Source of the DNA: a virus
IMG/VR virus record: IMGVR_UViG_3300029532_000009
Coordinates: 1 to 42,174 of that record
DNA length: 42,174 nucleotides
Direction: 5' to 3' (one strand)
Part shown: one piece after another, positions 1-7,625 of the stretch
Layout: every line of letters begins with the position of its first letter
Position numbering within the stretch: position 1 is the first letter of the stretch
The notes under the pieces: generated by a model
What the model saw: the letters and a program-made list of their open reading frames with translations, nothing else
Databases searched by the model: none
What the model was told of the DNA's origin: nothing
Program-made: the position numbers and the translations under genes

Positions 1-135
1 CGCCGTGCTGTAACGGCCGCTGGAACCCGCCGTGCTGTAACGGCCGCTGGAACCCGCCGTGCTGTAACGGCCGCTGGAACCCGCCGTGCTGTAATCGCCG
101 CTGGAACCCGCCGTGCTGTAACGGCCGCTGGAAAA
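1..135. repeat. 27-nt tandem repeat, 5 units (coding, part of the same array as 41948..42174)
   Basis: Units cgccgtgctgtaa(c/t)(g/c)gccgctggaacc at 1-27, 28-54, 55-81, 82-108 and 109-135 (the last is degenerate). The minus-strand reading is GSSG(R/D)YSTA. Confidence 0.95.
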
Positions 136-471
136 AGGTTCTTTGCCCTTTACCCGATTAAAAACAGCATTCACTGTAGCTTTTACCAGCCCTGCAAAAT
201 TCACCTCACCTTTCACCGTCAGCTCAGTGCAGGCCAGCTTACTGTCCTCTTCACTTTTATCCACGTTCCCGCCGCACTCGACTTCAAAAAAGCGCGGGCC
301 ATCCTTCAACGGGTAGTAGTGCAGCACATCCAGCGGGTTCTCGCAGGCGTGCATTCCGGCGGTGCAGCAGTCGGCTTTGTCCTCATGGTAGGTCTTGCCC
401 ACCTCATACTGCTTGCTACGGCACTGCATATTTTTGTCCATAGCTTTATAGGCAATAATTTTCTCGCTCAT
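1..471 (-). CDS. N-terminal part of a junction-spanning gene: Cys-rich phage domain followed by 9-aa tandem repeats (continues at 41714..42174)
   Basis: ATG at 471-469 lies 5 nt after GGAGG (rc of 476-480) and the frame is open to nt 1. Translation: MSEKIIAYKAMDKNMQCRSKQYEVGKTYHEDKADCCTAGMHACENPLDVLHYYPLKDGPRFFEVECGG...FSSGRYSTAGSSGDYSTA. From memory it resembles the DUF7666-type N-domain family of Firmicutes phages. It is absent from the ORF track because it runs off the edge. Confidence 0.8.
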   Translation of the reverse strand, partial: MSEKIIAYKAMDKNMQCRSKQYEVGKTYHEDKADCCTAGMHACENPLDVLHYYPLKDGPRFFEVECGGNVDKSEEDSKLACTELTVKGEVNFAGLVKATVNAVFNRVKGKEPFSSGRYSTAGSSGDYSTAGSSGRYSTAGSSGRYSTAGSSGRYSTA

Positions 472-481
472 GGTGTCCTCC

Positions 482-1246
482 TTACCCTCTTGCAATCGCT
501 TCTGAGTCGATCAGCCGCCCCGCCGGGGTGCAGGCACGGTCAAACAGGCTGGTCTGCCCGTTGGTCTGCTGGATCAGCATCACGGTGTTGGTGCTGGGCT
601 TCCAGCGCTGGATGTACTCCACCGCCTCGTCAAAGCGCTTGCGGGGGATGTTGCCCACGCTGTTCACCCGGAACCAGTCCTGCACATCGTGGTTGCACTC
701 GCTGTACACCTTGCTGCGCACGTGGTTGTCAATGTAAGCCGGGGTGTCCTCGCCGCCCAGCGCCCCAATGACGGCCCGGCTGATGGCCTTGCGCAGCACA
801 CGCTGCTGGTTGTAATCCACCGTCATGGTGTTCTCCAACGCGGTGAGCCGCTCTTCCTGTCGCTGGGTGCGGTTGTCCAGCATAAACAGCGCCTGCATCT
901 CCTTGCTGAGCTTGGGCATCATGTAGCTGCCCGTCTTGCGCAGGGCGGGCAGCACCTCGCTTGTCACCCAGCGCTTAAACCGCACCGCACTTTCCAGCTT
1001 GCTGCCAAAAATCAGGCTGTACAGGCCGGACTCGTTGATAATCGCAATCGGCTGCTTTCCGCCGGGGGTGTCCATTTCGTTCACCCCTCTGTCTTGCTCA
1101 TCAACATGGTCACGGATTGCCTTCTGGGGATTGCCGTAGCCCAGCGCCGCCGCCACGTCCTTGCCCACGAACCACGGCTCGCCGTTCTGGTCTACCGTGC
1201 GGATGTCCCCAAACTCGGGGCTTGTGAAAATTTGAATGTTTGCCAT
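482..1246 (-). CDS. Phage antirepressor, Bro-N domain plus ORF6C-type C-terminal domain
   Basis: 254-aa ORF. N-terminus has FGDIRTVDQNGEPWFVGKDVAAALGY...INESGLYSLIFGSKLESAVRFKRWVTSEVLP (Bro-N signature). C-terminus has TVDYNQQRVLRKAISRAV...FDEAVEYIQRW (ORF6C-like). Confidence 0.85.
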   Translation of the reverse strand: MANIQIFTSPEFGDIRTVDQNGEPWFVGKDVAAALGYGNPQKAIRDHVDEQDRGVNEMDTPGGKQPIAIINESGLYSLIFGSKLESAVRFKRWVTSEVLPALRKTGSYMMPKLSKEMQALFMLDNRTQRQEERLTALENTMTVDYNQQRVLRKAISRAVIGALGGEDTPAYIDNHVRSKVYSECNHDVQDWFRVNSVGNIPRKRFDEAVEYIQRWKPSTNTVMLIQQTNGQTSLFDRACTPAGRLIDSEAIARG

Positions 1247-1248
1247 GC

Positions 1249-1455
1249 TTAATTTTTTTCCTCCCTGATTTTAATAATGTCACTCACGGCGGCTTCCATT
1301 TTCTCGCGGATGCCGCGCGGCTTGCGCTGTCCGTTCAGGATCATCGAACAATAGCTCTTTGTCCATCCCAGATGAGCGGCAAGCTGTTCCAGCGTGACTT
1401 TGTTGTTGTGCATCCGGCCAATCAGACGGCCAGTCCACGGTTCGGGCTTAATCAT
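1249..1455 (-). CDS. Small HTH DNA-binding protein (XRE/Cro-like)
   Basis: 68 aa. VTLEQLAAHLGWTKSYCSMILNGQRKP is a typical helix-turn-helix. The stop abuts the antirepressor start. Confidence 0.6.
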   Translation of the reverse strand: MIKPEPWTGRLIGRMHNNKVTLEQLAAHLGWTKSYCSMILNGQRKPRGIREKMEAAVSDIIKIREEKN

Positions 1456-1645
1456 GGCTTGTCACCCATTTCAGAAGCATCGCCACAATCCAGATTGCGG
1501 TGGACACGCCGAAAGAGAACTCCCAACCGATGAGCCTGCAGATAAGCCACCAAAGGCCGGAAATGACGGCCCACGAAAAGCCAAAAGCAACGACAATGAG
1601 CGCAATCGATGCAAGCGCAAGCAAAAATGTTTCAAAATCAGGCAT
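1448..1645 (-). CDS. Small membrane protein (2 predicted TM helices)
   Basis: 65 aa, strongly hydrophobic (LLALASIALIVVAFGFSWAVISGLWWLICRLIGW). Its 8-nt overlap with the downstream gene suggests translational coupling. Confidence 0.55.
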   Translation of the reverse strand: MPDFETFLLALASIALIVVAFGFSWAVISGLWWLICRLIGWEFSFGVSTAIWIVAMLLKWVTSHD

Positions 1646-1659
1646 TTGCTTCCTCCTTT

Positions 1660-1881
1660 TTAAGTTGTATGGGTGCTGATGTTCAGTATTTTGCTGATGC
1701 TCTGCAAAATCCCGGGGGTCTCGATTTCTCCCGTCTTGACCTTGTGCAGATATGAACGGTCGAAATACCTACCCGTGTCCTCTTTGACCTGCTCAATCAA
1801 CCAATCATTACGCTTGTCCATTTGAATCAGTGCAATCTCGATTTGCTTGCCAAATTCACAAAGAGGCTTCTTTTCTGTCAT
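1660..1881 (-). CDS. Cro-like early regulator (putative)
   Basis: 73 aa with an RBS GGAGGTG upstream. It is the first gene of the leftward early operon, divergent from the CI-like repressor across an operator-rich spacer. Confidence 0.5.
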   Translation of the reverse strand: MTEKKPLCEFGKQIEIALIQMDKRNDWLIEQVKEDTGRYFDRSYLHKVKTGEIETPGILQSISKILNISTHTT

Positions 1882-1899
1882 TTTTTCACCTCCAAACTA

Positions 1900-2034
1900 T
1901 TGATTTTTACGCATAAGTGTAATATAATGAAATTGCTAGAAATCATGTATTACGCCATCGCGGTATGGTCTTAGTATAATACGCTTTCGCGTAAAATGCA
2001 AGGCTTTTTTAAGCGTTCGCGTAATTTCGGCGCA
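1900..2034. promoter_or_regulatory. Lysis/lysogeny switch: four 16-bp operators TTACGC-N4-GCGTAA and two face-to-face promoters
   Basis: Operator-like sites at 1907-1922 (ttacgcataagtgtaa), 1950-1965 (ttacgccatcgcggta), 1979-1994 (atacgctttcgcgtaa) and 2019-2034 (ttaagcgttcgcgtaa). Plus-strand promoter: TTGATT 1900-1905, N17, TATAAT 1923-1928. Minus-strand promoter: TTGCAT (rc of 1996-2001), N17, TATACT (rc of 1973-1978). An operator fills each 17-nt spacer. Confidence 0.6.
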
Positions 2035-2058
2035 ACTCACAATTTGAGGTCTGGAATT

Positions 2059-2421
2059 ATGGCAAACCTGTACAACAATATCGAAAACCTTTGCAAAAAG
2101 CGCGGGGTCAACGTGACAACGATGTGCAGAGATTCCGGTGCAAGTCGTGGCTCTTTATCCGATTTGAAGTCTGGTAGAAAGCAGACATTGAAGTATGAGA
2201 CGCTTGAAAAAATTGCAAATTTTTTTGAGATAAGCGTTGAATCTTTGGTTTCTGGCAATGAAAGCCAAAAAGAAAAGCTCAATACCTTAGATGGCATTGA
2301 GCTTGAAAAATTGTCACCAGCCCGCCGGGCGCTGCTGGAAGCGCTGGAGGGCATGGATGACGAAAACATTATGAAAATTGTTCGGATTGCTCAGGCAGTT
2401 AAAAAGGAGCTTCCAGAGTGA
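2059..2421 (+). CDS. CI-like repressor, XRE-family HTH
   Basis: ATG 2059 follows GAGG. MANLYNNIENLCKKRGVNVTTMCRDSGASRGSLSDLKSGRKQTLKYETLEKIANFFEISVESL is a canonical XRE HTH. Divergent from the early operon. Confidence 0.75.
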   Translation: MANLYNNIENLCKKRGVNVTTMCRDSGASRGSLSDLKSGRKQTLKYETLEKIANFFEISVESLVSGNESQKEKLNTLDGIELEKLSPARRALLEALEGMDDENIMKIVRIAQAVKKELPE

Positions 2422-2738
2422 GCGCACGTCTCAATAGAAAAGAACTTAAGATGTTGAAAGCCCTCAATCGGGAGTACCCCGGTGGGATCGAGCGGACAAA
2501 AGAACTGTTTCAAGACGCTACGGCGCTTGAAGAACTTGGCTTTGCAGAATCTTCTACAACAGGGTTTATGCAGTCCGGATTGCGAATCACAGAAGCCGGA
2601 AAGCAATTTTTGCGAGAACGCAACGCAAACCAGTTTTCCTCGCTGATGAAAATAGCAGGCGGCATCGTCACTTTGCTCCTGATTCCGGTGCTGGTAAATC
2701 TGATTTCTGATTATGTATTACCGGTACTTTTCAAATAG
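2418..2738 (+). CDS. Hypothetical protein with C-terminal TM helix, co-transcribed with the repressor
   Basis: GTG start overlaps the repressor stop, with AAGGAG upstream. The C-terminus IAGGIVTLLLIPVLVNLISDYVLPVLF is hydrophobic. Confidence 0.5.
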   Translation: MSARLNRKELKMLKALNREYPGGIERTKELFQDATALEELGFAESSTTGFMQSGLRITEAGKQFLRERNANQFSSLMKIAGGIVTLLLIPVLVNLISDYVLPVLFK

Positions 2739-2873
2739 GAACCACTCGGCCGCCCAGACAAAGCGATAGAAAATATCGTAAACGAAGAAGCGCCGGATCC
2801 GGTGCTGGTTTTTGGGCTTGTACCATTTTCCGTCCTCGTCTTGCTTCAAAATGTTCAGTTTACAAAACAGCAT
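2718..2873 (-). CDS. Small hypothetical protein (51 aa, aromatic-rich)
   Basis: ATG 2873 lies 5 nt after GGAGG. MLFCKLNILKQDEDGKWYKPKNQHRIRRFFVYDIFYRFVWAAEWFLFEKYR. Overlaps the stop of the upstream small gene. Confidence 0.4.
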   Translation of the reverse strand: MLFCKLNILKQDEDGKWYKPKNQHRIRRFFVYDIFYRFVWAAEWFLFEKYR

Positions 2874-3012
2874 AGAACCTCCGAATGACTTCTTGAAGTT
2901 GCTTTTCAGATAGCGAAAGAACCTCGCTGGCGGCAAGACGCACAAGTTTGTCGTGCGACTCTTTTTCTTCCAGTATATCATGTTTTGCAAACTTTGTGCT
3001 ATTTTCTTGCAC
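2860..3012 (-). CDS. Small hypothetical charged protein (about 50 aa)
   Basis: GTG 3012 lies 7 nt after AAGGAGG (the longer ORF reaches ATG 3078). (M)QENSTKFAKHDILEEKESHDKLVRLAASEVLSLSEKQLQEVIRRFYAVL. Confidence 0.4.
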   Translation of the reverse strand: MQENSTKFAKHDILEEKESHDKLVRLAASEVLSLSEKQLQEVIRRFYAVL

Positions 3013-3100
3013 TTTCTTTTCCTCCTTTGGCAAAGCTCTTTGATAATTTTGTTTTATGGCAGCTGGTTGGCTGCTCATTTTTGTTTATGAGGTGATTATC

Positions 3101-3838
3101 GTGAAAAGAAGAACGTTTCTCGCACTGGGTTTGACTGCGGCTTTGTCCATTCCTTTTGCCATGACGGCTTTTGCAGATGAGAGTCAGTACAAAGCGGGTC
3201 AAACAGTCGAGTTTTCCGGACAAACCGATTTTGACTATTATTATACTTATACCAACGATCAAACAAATTACAAGTGCTTTTCAGTCATCGAGAACGGCCA
3301 GCGTTGGTATGCGGCGGTCACTGAAAGTTGGTACGAATACTGCAAAAACGCATTCGCAAACCAGCCAGTTGCGTTTAATGGGAAATTCCAAAACGTTGCA
3401 GGAGATGGAGCCCCAGTTGTTCTGATCGAGAAGAGAATCCAAACGAACGAAAAAGGAGAAAAAACTACAACCGATTTACGTGACTGCATTTGGGCTGCAA
3501 ATCGTGGAACCTCCACAAGCCCGAATTTTAAGCTGTTCGACGAATTGTATAGTGCTGGAACGACTACTATTGCAGACGATAGCTCTTACATCAAGATCGA
3601 TTCAAACCCTCTCAATGCAAAAAGCGGTTCATTCTTTGAGTATATGTATCGGGATCCCGCAACAAGAAACATTAAGTTGATGAATGAACTGCTTGTTCTT
3701 CCTGATTGGGTTTATGAGGAAATGATGGCAACCAAAGCCATTGACGGCCGTCAAAAGGAGACTTTTGATAATGTCACGGTCACTTGGTCTTACTCTCCAA
3801 ATCAAGGGCTTGAAGTCGTGTACCGGCTCAATAAGTAA
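3101..3838 (+). CDS. Secreted protein with Sec signal peptide (lysogeny-island cargo)
   Basis: GTG 3101 follows GAGGTG. N-terminus VKRRTFLALGLTAALSIPFAMTAFA/DES. No family recognised. Lies in the low-GC region. Confidence 0.6.
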   Translation: MKRRTFLALGLTAALSIPFAMTAFADESQYKAGQTVEFSGQTDFDYYYTYTNDQTNYKCFSVIENGQRWYAAVTESWYEYCKNAFANQPVAFNGKFQNVAGDGAPVVLIEKRIQTNEKGEKTTTDLRDCIWAANRGTSTSPNFKLFDELYSAGTTTIADDSSYIKIDSNPLNAKSGSFFEYMYRDPATRNIKLMNELLVLPDWVYEEMMATKAIDGRQKETFDNVTVTWSYSPNQGLEVVYRLNK

Positions 3839-3895
3839 ATCTGTTTACAACCGCATTATACAACCGTGTGTTGTCGTAGTCAATGGGTTTGCCCA

Positions 3896-4120
3896 TCACT
3901 CTTTTTGATGGGTTGCATCGAGTTGTTGCATTTTTTGCAACAATTCCCCTGCTCCGGTCACTGCGCCGCCGGGCGTTTTGGCCGTCATATGTAATGCGTG
4001 CAGTGTATTGATCTTGCGGGCGGCGTACATGGTGGCAAGGGCTTGCTGCTCCGGAGTCATATCAACGTAGCAGGCAAGCGCGGCGCGGATGTGCGTGCAA
4101 AAGTGGCTCATCTTCTCCAT
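3896..4120 (-). CDS. Hypothetical protein (74 aa)
   Basis: ATG 4120 follows GGAGG. MEKMSHFCTHIRAALACYVDMTPEQQALATMYAARKINTLHALH... Confidence 0.45.
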   Translation of the reverse strand: MEKMSHFCTHIRAALACYVDMTPEQQALATMYAARKINTLHALHMTAKTPGGAVTGAGELLQKMQQLDATHQKE

Positions 4121-4326
4121 AGTCAATCCTCCCAAGGCTGTGGTGTGCGGTCGGTGCCGGTCAGGATGCTGGCGGGCATTCCGTCGATGATGGTCATTTC
4201 GGTTTCTTTACCATTTCTTTGCTCAAAATCCATTTTGTTTTCCCCTTTCTTTTGTGCACATTTATGTCTTATGTTCCAAATTCTACCATGCGCCGTTGGA
4301 AAACAAAATACGGATATTTTTTGTCG

Positions 4327-4360
4327 AATGGCGCAGATTTTTTCTGCGCCATTTTCTGTT
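4327..4360 (+). terminator. Terminator-like hairpin just upstream of the XRE-integrase operon
   Basis: 11-bp stem aatggcgcaga/tctgcgccatt with loop ttttt, followed by ttctgtt. Confidence 0.4.
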
Positions 4361-4391
4361 AAAAACACGTTGGTTTTACGGGGGCGAAAGT

Positions 4392-4979
4392 ATGAGTTAT
4401 TTTACGGCAACCCAGATTGGAAAAGCGCTTGCAAAGGCCAGGGTATCTGCCGGCCTGAGCCAAGTGGAGATCGCAAGGCTCATCGAGAAGGGTGAGAGGA
4501 CGGTACAGAGCTGGGAAAAAGGCTGCACCAGCCCGGACAGTGACGAGGTCATGGATTGGTGCACAGCATGTGGGGTGTCCCCCATCACCGTGTTTATGGA
4601 GATGCTGCACCCAGATCTGTATGCGGTTTCCGACAGCGAAAGGCTGGAAGATTCTGTAGATTGGGAGCTGCATCTGCTGATGAGGGCTCTGCCGCCCATC
4701 ACGAAGCGACTGCTGCTTTTCATTCTGAAGGGCCGACACGGCAGCAGTCCGACTGCGGTGATCTCCGAGATGGCCGCAAACCTGCACTGCCCACTCAACA
4801 ACCGGGTCAGCGTGTGCGGGACCATCATAGACCAGTATACCTATGCGCAGATTGCTGGCCTTGACCCATGCCCGGACGCTCCGCATCCTCCCATTGACGA
4901 CCTGAAAATCAACTACAAGGCCGGAAGGGCCGCTGCTGAAAATGGTGCATTCGGATATATCGGGCAGAAAAAGGAGTAA
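4392..4979 (+). CDS. XRE-family HTH protein upstream of the integrase
   Basis: ATG 4392. MSYFTATQIGKALAKARVSAGLSQVEIARLIEKGERTVQSWEKG is an HTH. The ~130-aa C-terminal domain is unassigned. The stop lies 3 nt before the integrase start. Confidence 0.65.
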   Translation: MSYFTATQIGKALAKARVSAGLSQVEIARLIEKGERTVQSWEKGCTSPDSDEVMDWCTACGVSPITVFMEMLHPDLYAVSDSERLEDSVDWELHLLMRALPPITKRLLLFILKGRHGSSPTAVISEMAANLHCPLNNRVSVCGTIIDQYTYAQIAGLDPCPDAPHPPIDDLKINYKAGRAAAENGAFGYIGQKKE

Positions 4980-4982
4980 GCC

Positions 4983-6116
4983 ATGAAATGCGTGAGACCA
5001 TGCTGCCGGAAGGAAATCCCGGATGGTGCTTCTTTTTGTCCGTGGTGCGGGAAGAAACAGCCGGAAGCCGCCCCGAAGCAAAGAAAAAAGCGCCGCCGTC
5101 CCAAGGGCAGCGGCAGCGTGTATAAACTGAGCGGGGAGCGGGCAAGACCGTATGTGGCGCTTACAGCCAAAAGGGATGTTCTGGGAACGTTTGAAACGGC
5201 AGGCGAAGCAGTACAAGCGCTGGACGCTTACAACGCCCAGAACACCCCCGCTGCGCTTCTGAAATGCACCTTTGCAGATGCCTATACCCAATGGAAATCG
5301 CAGCCCAAATTTGACAAGCTCAGCACGGACATGCAAAAGGGGTACGAGCTGGCCTATGCAAAGGCTGCGCCGCTATACGACCGACAATTGCGGGACTTGA
5401 AAGCGGCAGATTATCAACAAGTGATTGACCAGATGGTTGAAAAGGGACTTTCCCGCAGCTCCTGCGAAAAGCAGCGCACGCTTTTCAGCCAGATCTGCGA
5501 GTGGGCAATGGCGCAGGACATCATAAACAAAAATTACGCCATGCTGCTGCAGCTCCCGGCGGCTACAGGAAAAGCGGAGCGCACTCTGACTGCAGCCGAG
5601 ATAGAGCAGATCAGCATCTACCAGAATGACCCAAAATTCGGGCAGACGGCTCAGATCGCCATGGTTTTGCTGTACACCGGTATGCGCATTGATGAACTGC
5701 TCTCTATGCGCTGTGAGGACGTGCATCTGAAGGAGCACTATATGCAGGGCGGCGAAAAGACCGAAGCAGGCAAAAACCGCATTATCCCGATTCTTGAACC
5801 GATTTACAAGACGGTAGCTTTTTGGATGCTGAACAGCGGGTGCGAATGGCTGATACCATCCAAGACCGGCACAAAGCTGGACAAACGCAATGTGGCTACA
5901 AAATTCCGTGCCCTGATGCAGGAATGCCACATAGAGGGTGTGCATCCGCATACGCTGCGCCACACGGCCAGCAGCAAGATGGTGGAGTGCGGCCTGGAAA
6001 AGACCGCCGTGCAGGCCATCTTGGGCCACAAAAATTTCTCCACCACAGCAAACAAGTACGTCTCCCACAATGACCCGAATTATCTGTTGCAGGAAATGCG
6101 AAAGATGAAGTATTGA
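4983..6116 (+). CDS. int: Tyrosine integrase with N-terminal zinc-ribbon
   Basis: 377 aa with AAGGAG upstream. Catalytic signature YTGMRIDELLSM (R), HTLRHTASS (H-x-x-R) and LGHKNFSTTANKYV (H...Y). N-terminal motif CCRKEIPDGASFCPWCG. Confidence 0.9.
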   Translation: MKCVRPCCRKEIPDGASFCPWCGKKQPEAAPKQRKKRRRPKGSGSVYKLSGERARPYVALTAKRDVLGTFETAGEAVQALDAYNAQNTPAALLKCTFADAYTQWKSQPKFDKLSTDMQKGYELAYAKAAPLYDRQLRDLKAADYQQVIDQMVEKGLSRSSCEKQRTLFSQICEWAMAQDIINKNYAMLLQLPAATGKAERTLTAAEIEQISIYQNDPKFGQTAQIAMVLLYTGMRIDELLSMRCEDVHLKEHYMQGGEKTEAGKNRIIPILEPIYKTVAFWMLNSGCEWLIPSKTGTKLDKRNVATKFRALMQECHIEGVHPHTLRHTASSKMVECGLEKTAVQAILGHKNFSTTANKYVSHNDPNYLLQEMRKMKY

Positions 6117-6140
6117 TTTGTTAGATTGTTTGTTAGATTG
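6117..6140 (+). repeat. Tandem 12-nt direct repeat tttgttagattg x2 (candidate arm-type integrase binding sites)
   Basis: Two perfect copies at 6117-6128 and 6129-6140, immediately after the int stop and 90 nt from the attP core. Confidence 0.5.
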
Positions 6141-6185
6141 TCACGTTCATTCAGGAGATTTTAAGGAATTTCAAGCAAAAAGAAA

Positions 6186-6228
6186 AACGCACGGACGATT
6201 CGTTTTAATCGTTCGTGCGTTTATTTTT
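6186..6228 (+). terminator. Rho-independent terminator of the integrase operon
   Basis: 15-bp stem aacgcacggacgatt/aatcgttcgtgcgtt (one G:U pair), loop cgtttt, then tatttttgg. Confidence 0.85.
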
Positions 6229-6275
6229 GGAGCTGGTGACAGGAGTTGAACCTGCAACCCACTGATTACAAATCA
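6228..6275 (-). other. attP core: 3' portion of a tRNA-Thr(UGU) gene
   Basis: The minus strand reads gatTTTGTAAtcagtgggttgcaggttcaactcctgtcaccagctCCA. This gives anticodon loop TTTGTAA, a T arm gcagg/ttcaact/cctgt, the acceptor 3' strand and CCA. No 5' half (D arm, acceptor 5' strand) is present. Confidence 0.8.
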
Positions 6276-6389
6276 AATTTATTTTACGTTTTACCGTAAA
6301 TAATTATTTATCTGTTGGCTTTCCGTTAGACTATATATCCCATGCCCAAACGTTGAAGCCTATGTGAAAATAGCACACTCTATGTCTTT

Positions 6390-6740
6390 TTACAAGTCGC
6401 TTATCTTTCGCATTACGAGCTCATACTCTTTTGGGTACACCAGCTTTATTGCCTTCATGTGCTCGTCAAGCACCTGCATCAGACCGCCAAAAGGAACAGA
6501 GCTGGCAGCCGCCACAAAGTCGCTTTGCGGTTCCGTTGCCGTGGAGTACGCTGCCGCATAAGTCGCGGGTGGCAGTGCCTGGATCTGCGTTTCAGGTGCG
6601 TGTGTTTCTTCCAGCTCGTCCCGCACAGTACAAAGGGCGGCAAGCTTGTTGACGCTCTGCCAGCTGGTTTCCTCGCACTTGAGCTTGCGGATATGCTCGT
6701 TGATCTCGTCAATGTCCACGCCTGCTGCCCCCTTCCTCAT
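6390..6740 (-). CDS. Hypothetical protein (116 aa)
   Basis: ATG overlaps the upstream stop (ATGA). MRKGAAGVDIDEINEHIRKLKCEETSWQSVNKLAALCTVRDELEE... Confidence 0.5.
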   Translation of the reverse strand: MRKGAAGVDIDEINEHIRKLKCEETSWQSVNKLAALCTVRDELEETHAPETQIQALPPATYAAAYSTATEPQSDFVAAASSVPFGGLMQVLDEHMKAIKLVYPKEYELVMRKISDL

Positions 6741-7138
6741 GCGTTCCGCAAGATGTCAGCGGCCCGCTTGTATGCATCGCGCTCTGCGCCGGTGGCCTCC
6801 TGCATCATGTCCTCGATGTCAGAGATCATGCGCTCACGGCCATCCGTGCGGGAGTAATGCCCACGAACATAGTGACGGCCTCGGTTGGCATAGCTGCTGC
6901 CCCGGTTGTAACCGTTTCCGGCATCGTGGCCGAAAGTCCCACGCATGTCAGCAGCCCACTCGCCCGCACGACTGTACTCGCCGCCCTCACAGTAATCCTC
7001 GATGCGGTGGATGTCCAAAATGATATCCACAATCTCGCCGATCATCTCAACATCACCCGGGGAACGGTTCTTTTTGTCGGTCAGTTCCATGAGCTCGTCG
7101 CACATCTCATCCTTCAGGTGATTCAGTTTATCCAGCAT
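6737..7138 (-). CDS. Hypothetical protein with a central Gly/Arg/Tyr-rich segment (133 aa)
   Basis: AAAGGAG RBS upstream. ...GGEYSRAGEWAADMRGTFGHDAGNGYNRGSSYANRGRHYVRGHYSRTDGRE... flanked by acidic helices. Confidence 0.55.
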   Translation of the reverse strand: MLDKLNHLKDEMCDELMELTDKKNRSPGDVEMIGEIVDIILDIHRIEDYCEGGEYSRAGEWAADMRGTFGHDAGNGYNRGSSYANRGRHYVRGHYSRTDGRERMISDIEDMMQEATGAERDAYKRAADILRNA

Positions 7139-7154
7139 GGCTTTATCTCCTTTC

Positions 7155-7577
7155 TTATGCTACCCGCTCAACGATCAGATTGCTGTTTGCAATGCTGACT
7201 GCCTGCGTACTGGTATTTTTAACCGCCACGGTCACGCAGCAGCCGCGCGGCACCTCGATGAACGCGGCCACGAAAACGTTGAAGTAGTTTTCGACTGCAG
7301 CAGGTGTGACAATGGCGGTCGCGCTATTGAGTGCCTCACCGCCGACAGACAGCGCCACGGAAACGGGCCCCACGGTGCCGCCGGTGGGAATGGCGATATT
7401 TCCGCCAAAGCTCACCTTGAAGCGGGCTTTGCATTGATTGGTCAGACCGCGCAGGGTCACGAGGCCGCTGCCCTCACGGTGCATGATGCAGGCAGGGGCT
7501 TTCACCGCGGTCTCGGTCAGGGGAAGGTTTTCACCTGCCGCCACGCTGACGGTGTTAAAGTTGCTAAATTCAGCCAT
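7155..7577 (-). CDS. Beta-rich protein resembling by eye the C1q/TNF-like C-terminal domain of exosporium BclA-type proteins
   Basis: ATG 7577 follows AAAGGAG (the track ORF starts 18 nt upstream). MAEFSNFNTVSVAAGENLPLTETAVKAP...FKVSFGGNIAIPTGGTVGPVSVALSVGGEALNSAT...VAVKNTSTQAVSIANSNLIVERVA. Separate transcription unit after a terminator. Confidence 0.35.
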   Translation of the reverse strand: MAEFSNFNTVSVAAGENLPLTETAVKAPACIMHREGSGLVTLRGLTNQCKARFKVSFGGNIAIPTGGTVGPVSVALSVGGEALNSATAIVTPAAVENYFNVFVAAFIEVPRGCCVTVAVKNTSTQAVSIANSNLIVERVA

Positions 7578-7594
7578 TTTATCGGCTCCTTTCA

Positions 7595-7625
7595 TAATAA
7601 AAACGCCGGGACTGCTGCCCCGGCG
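7595..7625 (-). terminator. Rho-independent terminator after the 258-aa gene
   Basis: 7-bp GC stem cgccggg/cccggcg, followed on the minus strand by tttttattat. Confidence 0.7.

Noticed and set aside
1-135. Regular 27-nt repeats at both window ends as a possible CRISPR array
   Set aside because: The units are contiguous with no spacers. They are in frame within a long ORF and encode a 9-aa peptide repeat. No cas genes are present.
319-1252. Plus-strand ORFs of 150 aa, 69 aa and 187 aa at the left end
   Set aside because: Antisense to the repeat-protein and Bro-N antirepressor genes. Pro/Arg/Cys/Gly-rich translations.
4359-6068. Minus-strand ORFs of 325 aa and 231 aa overlapping the XRE and integrase genes
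   Set aside because: The plus-strand genes carry clear HTH and tyrosine-recombinase motifs. The minus-strand translations are Arg/Ala/Pro-rich without motifs.
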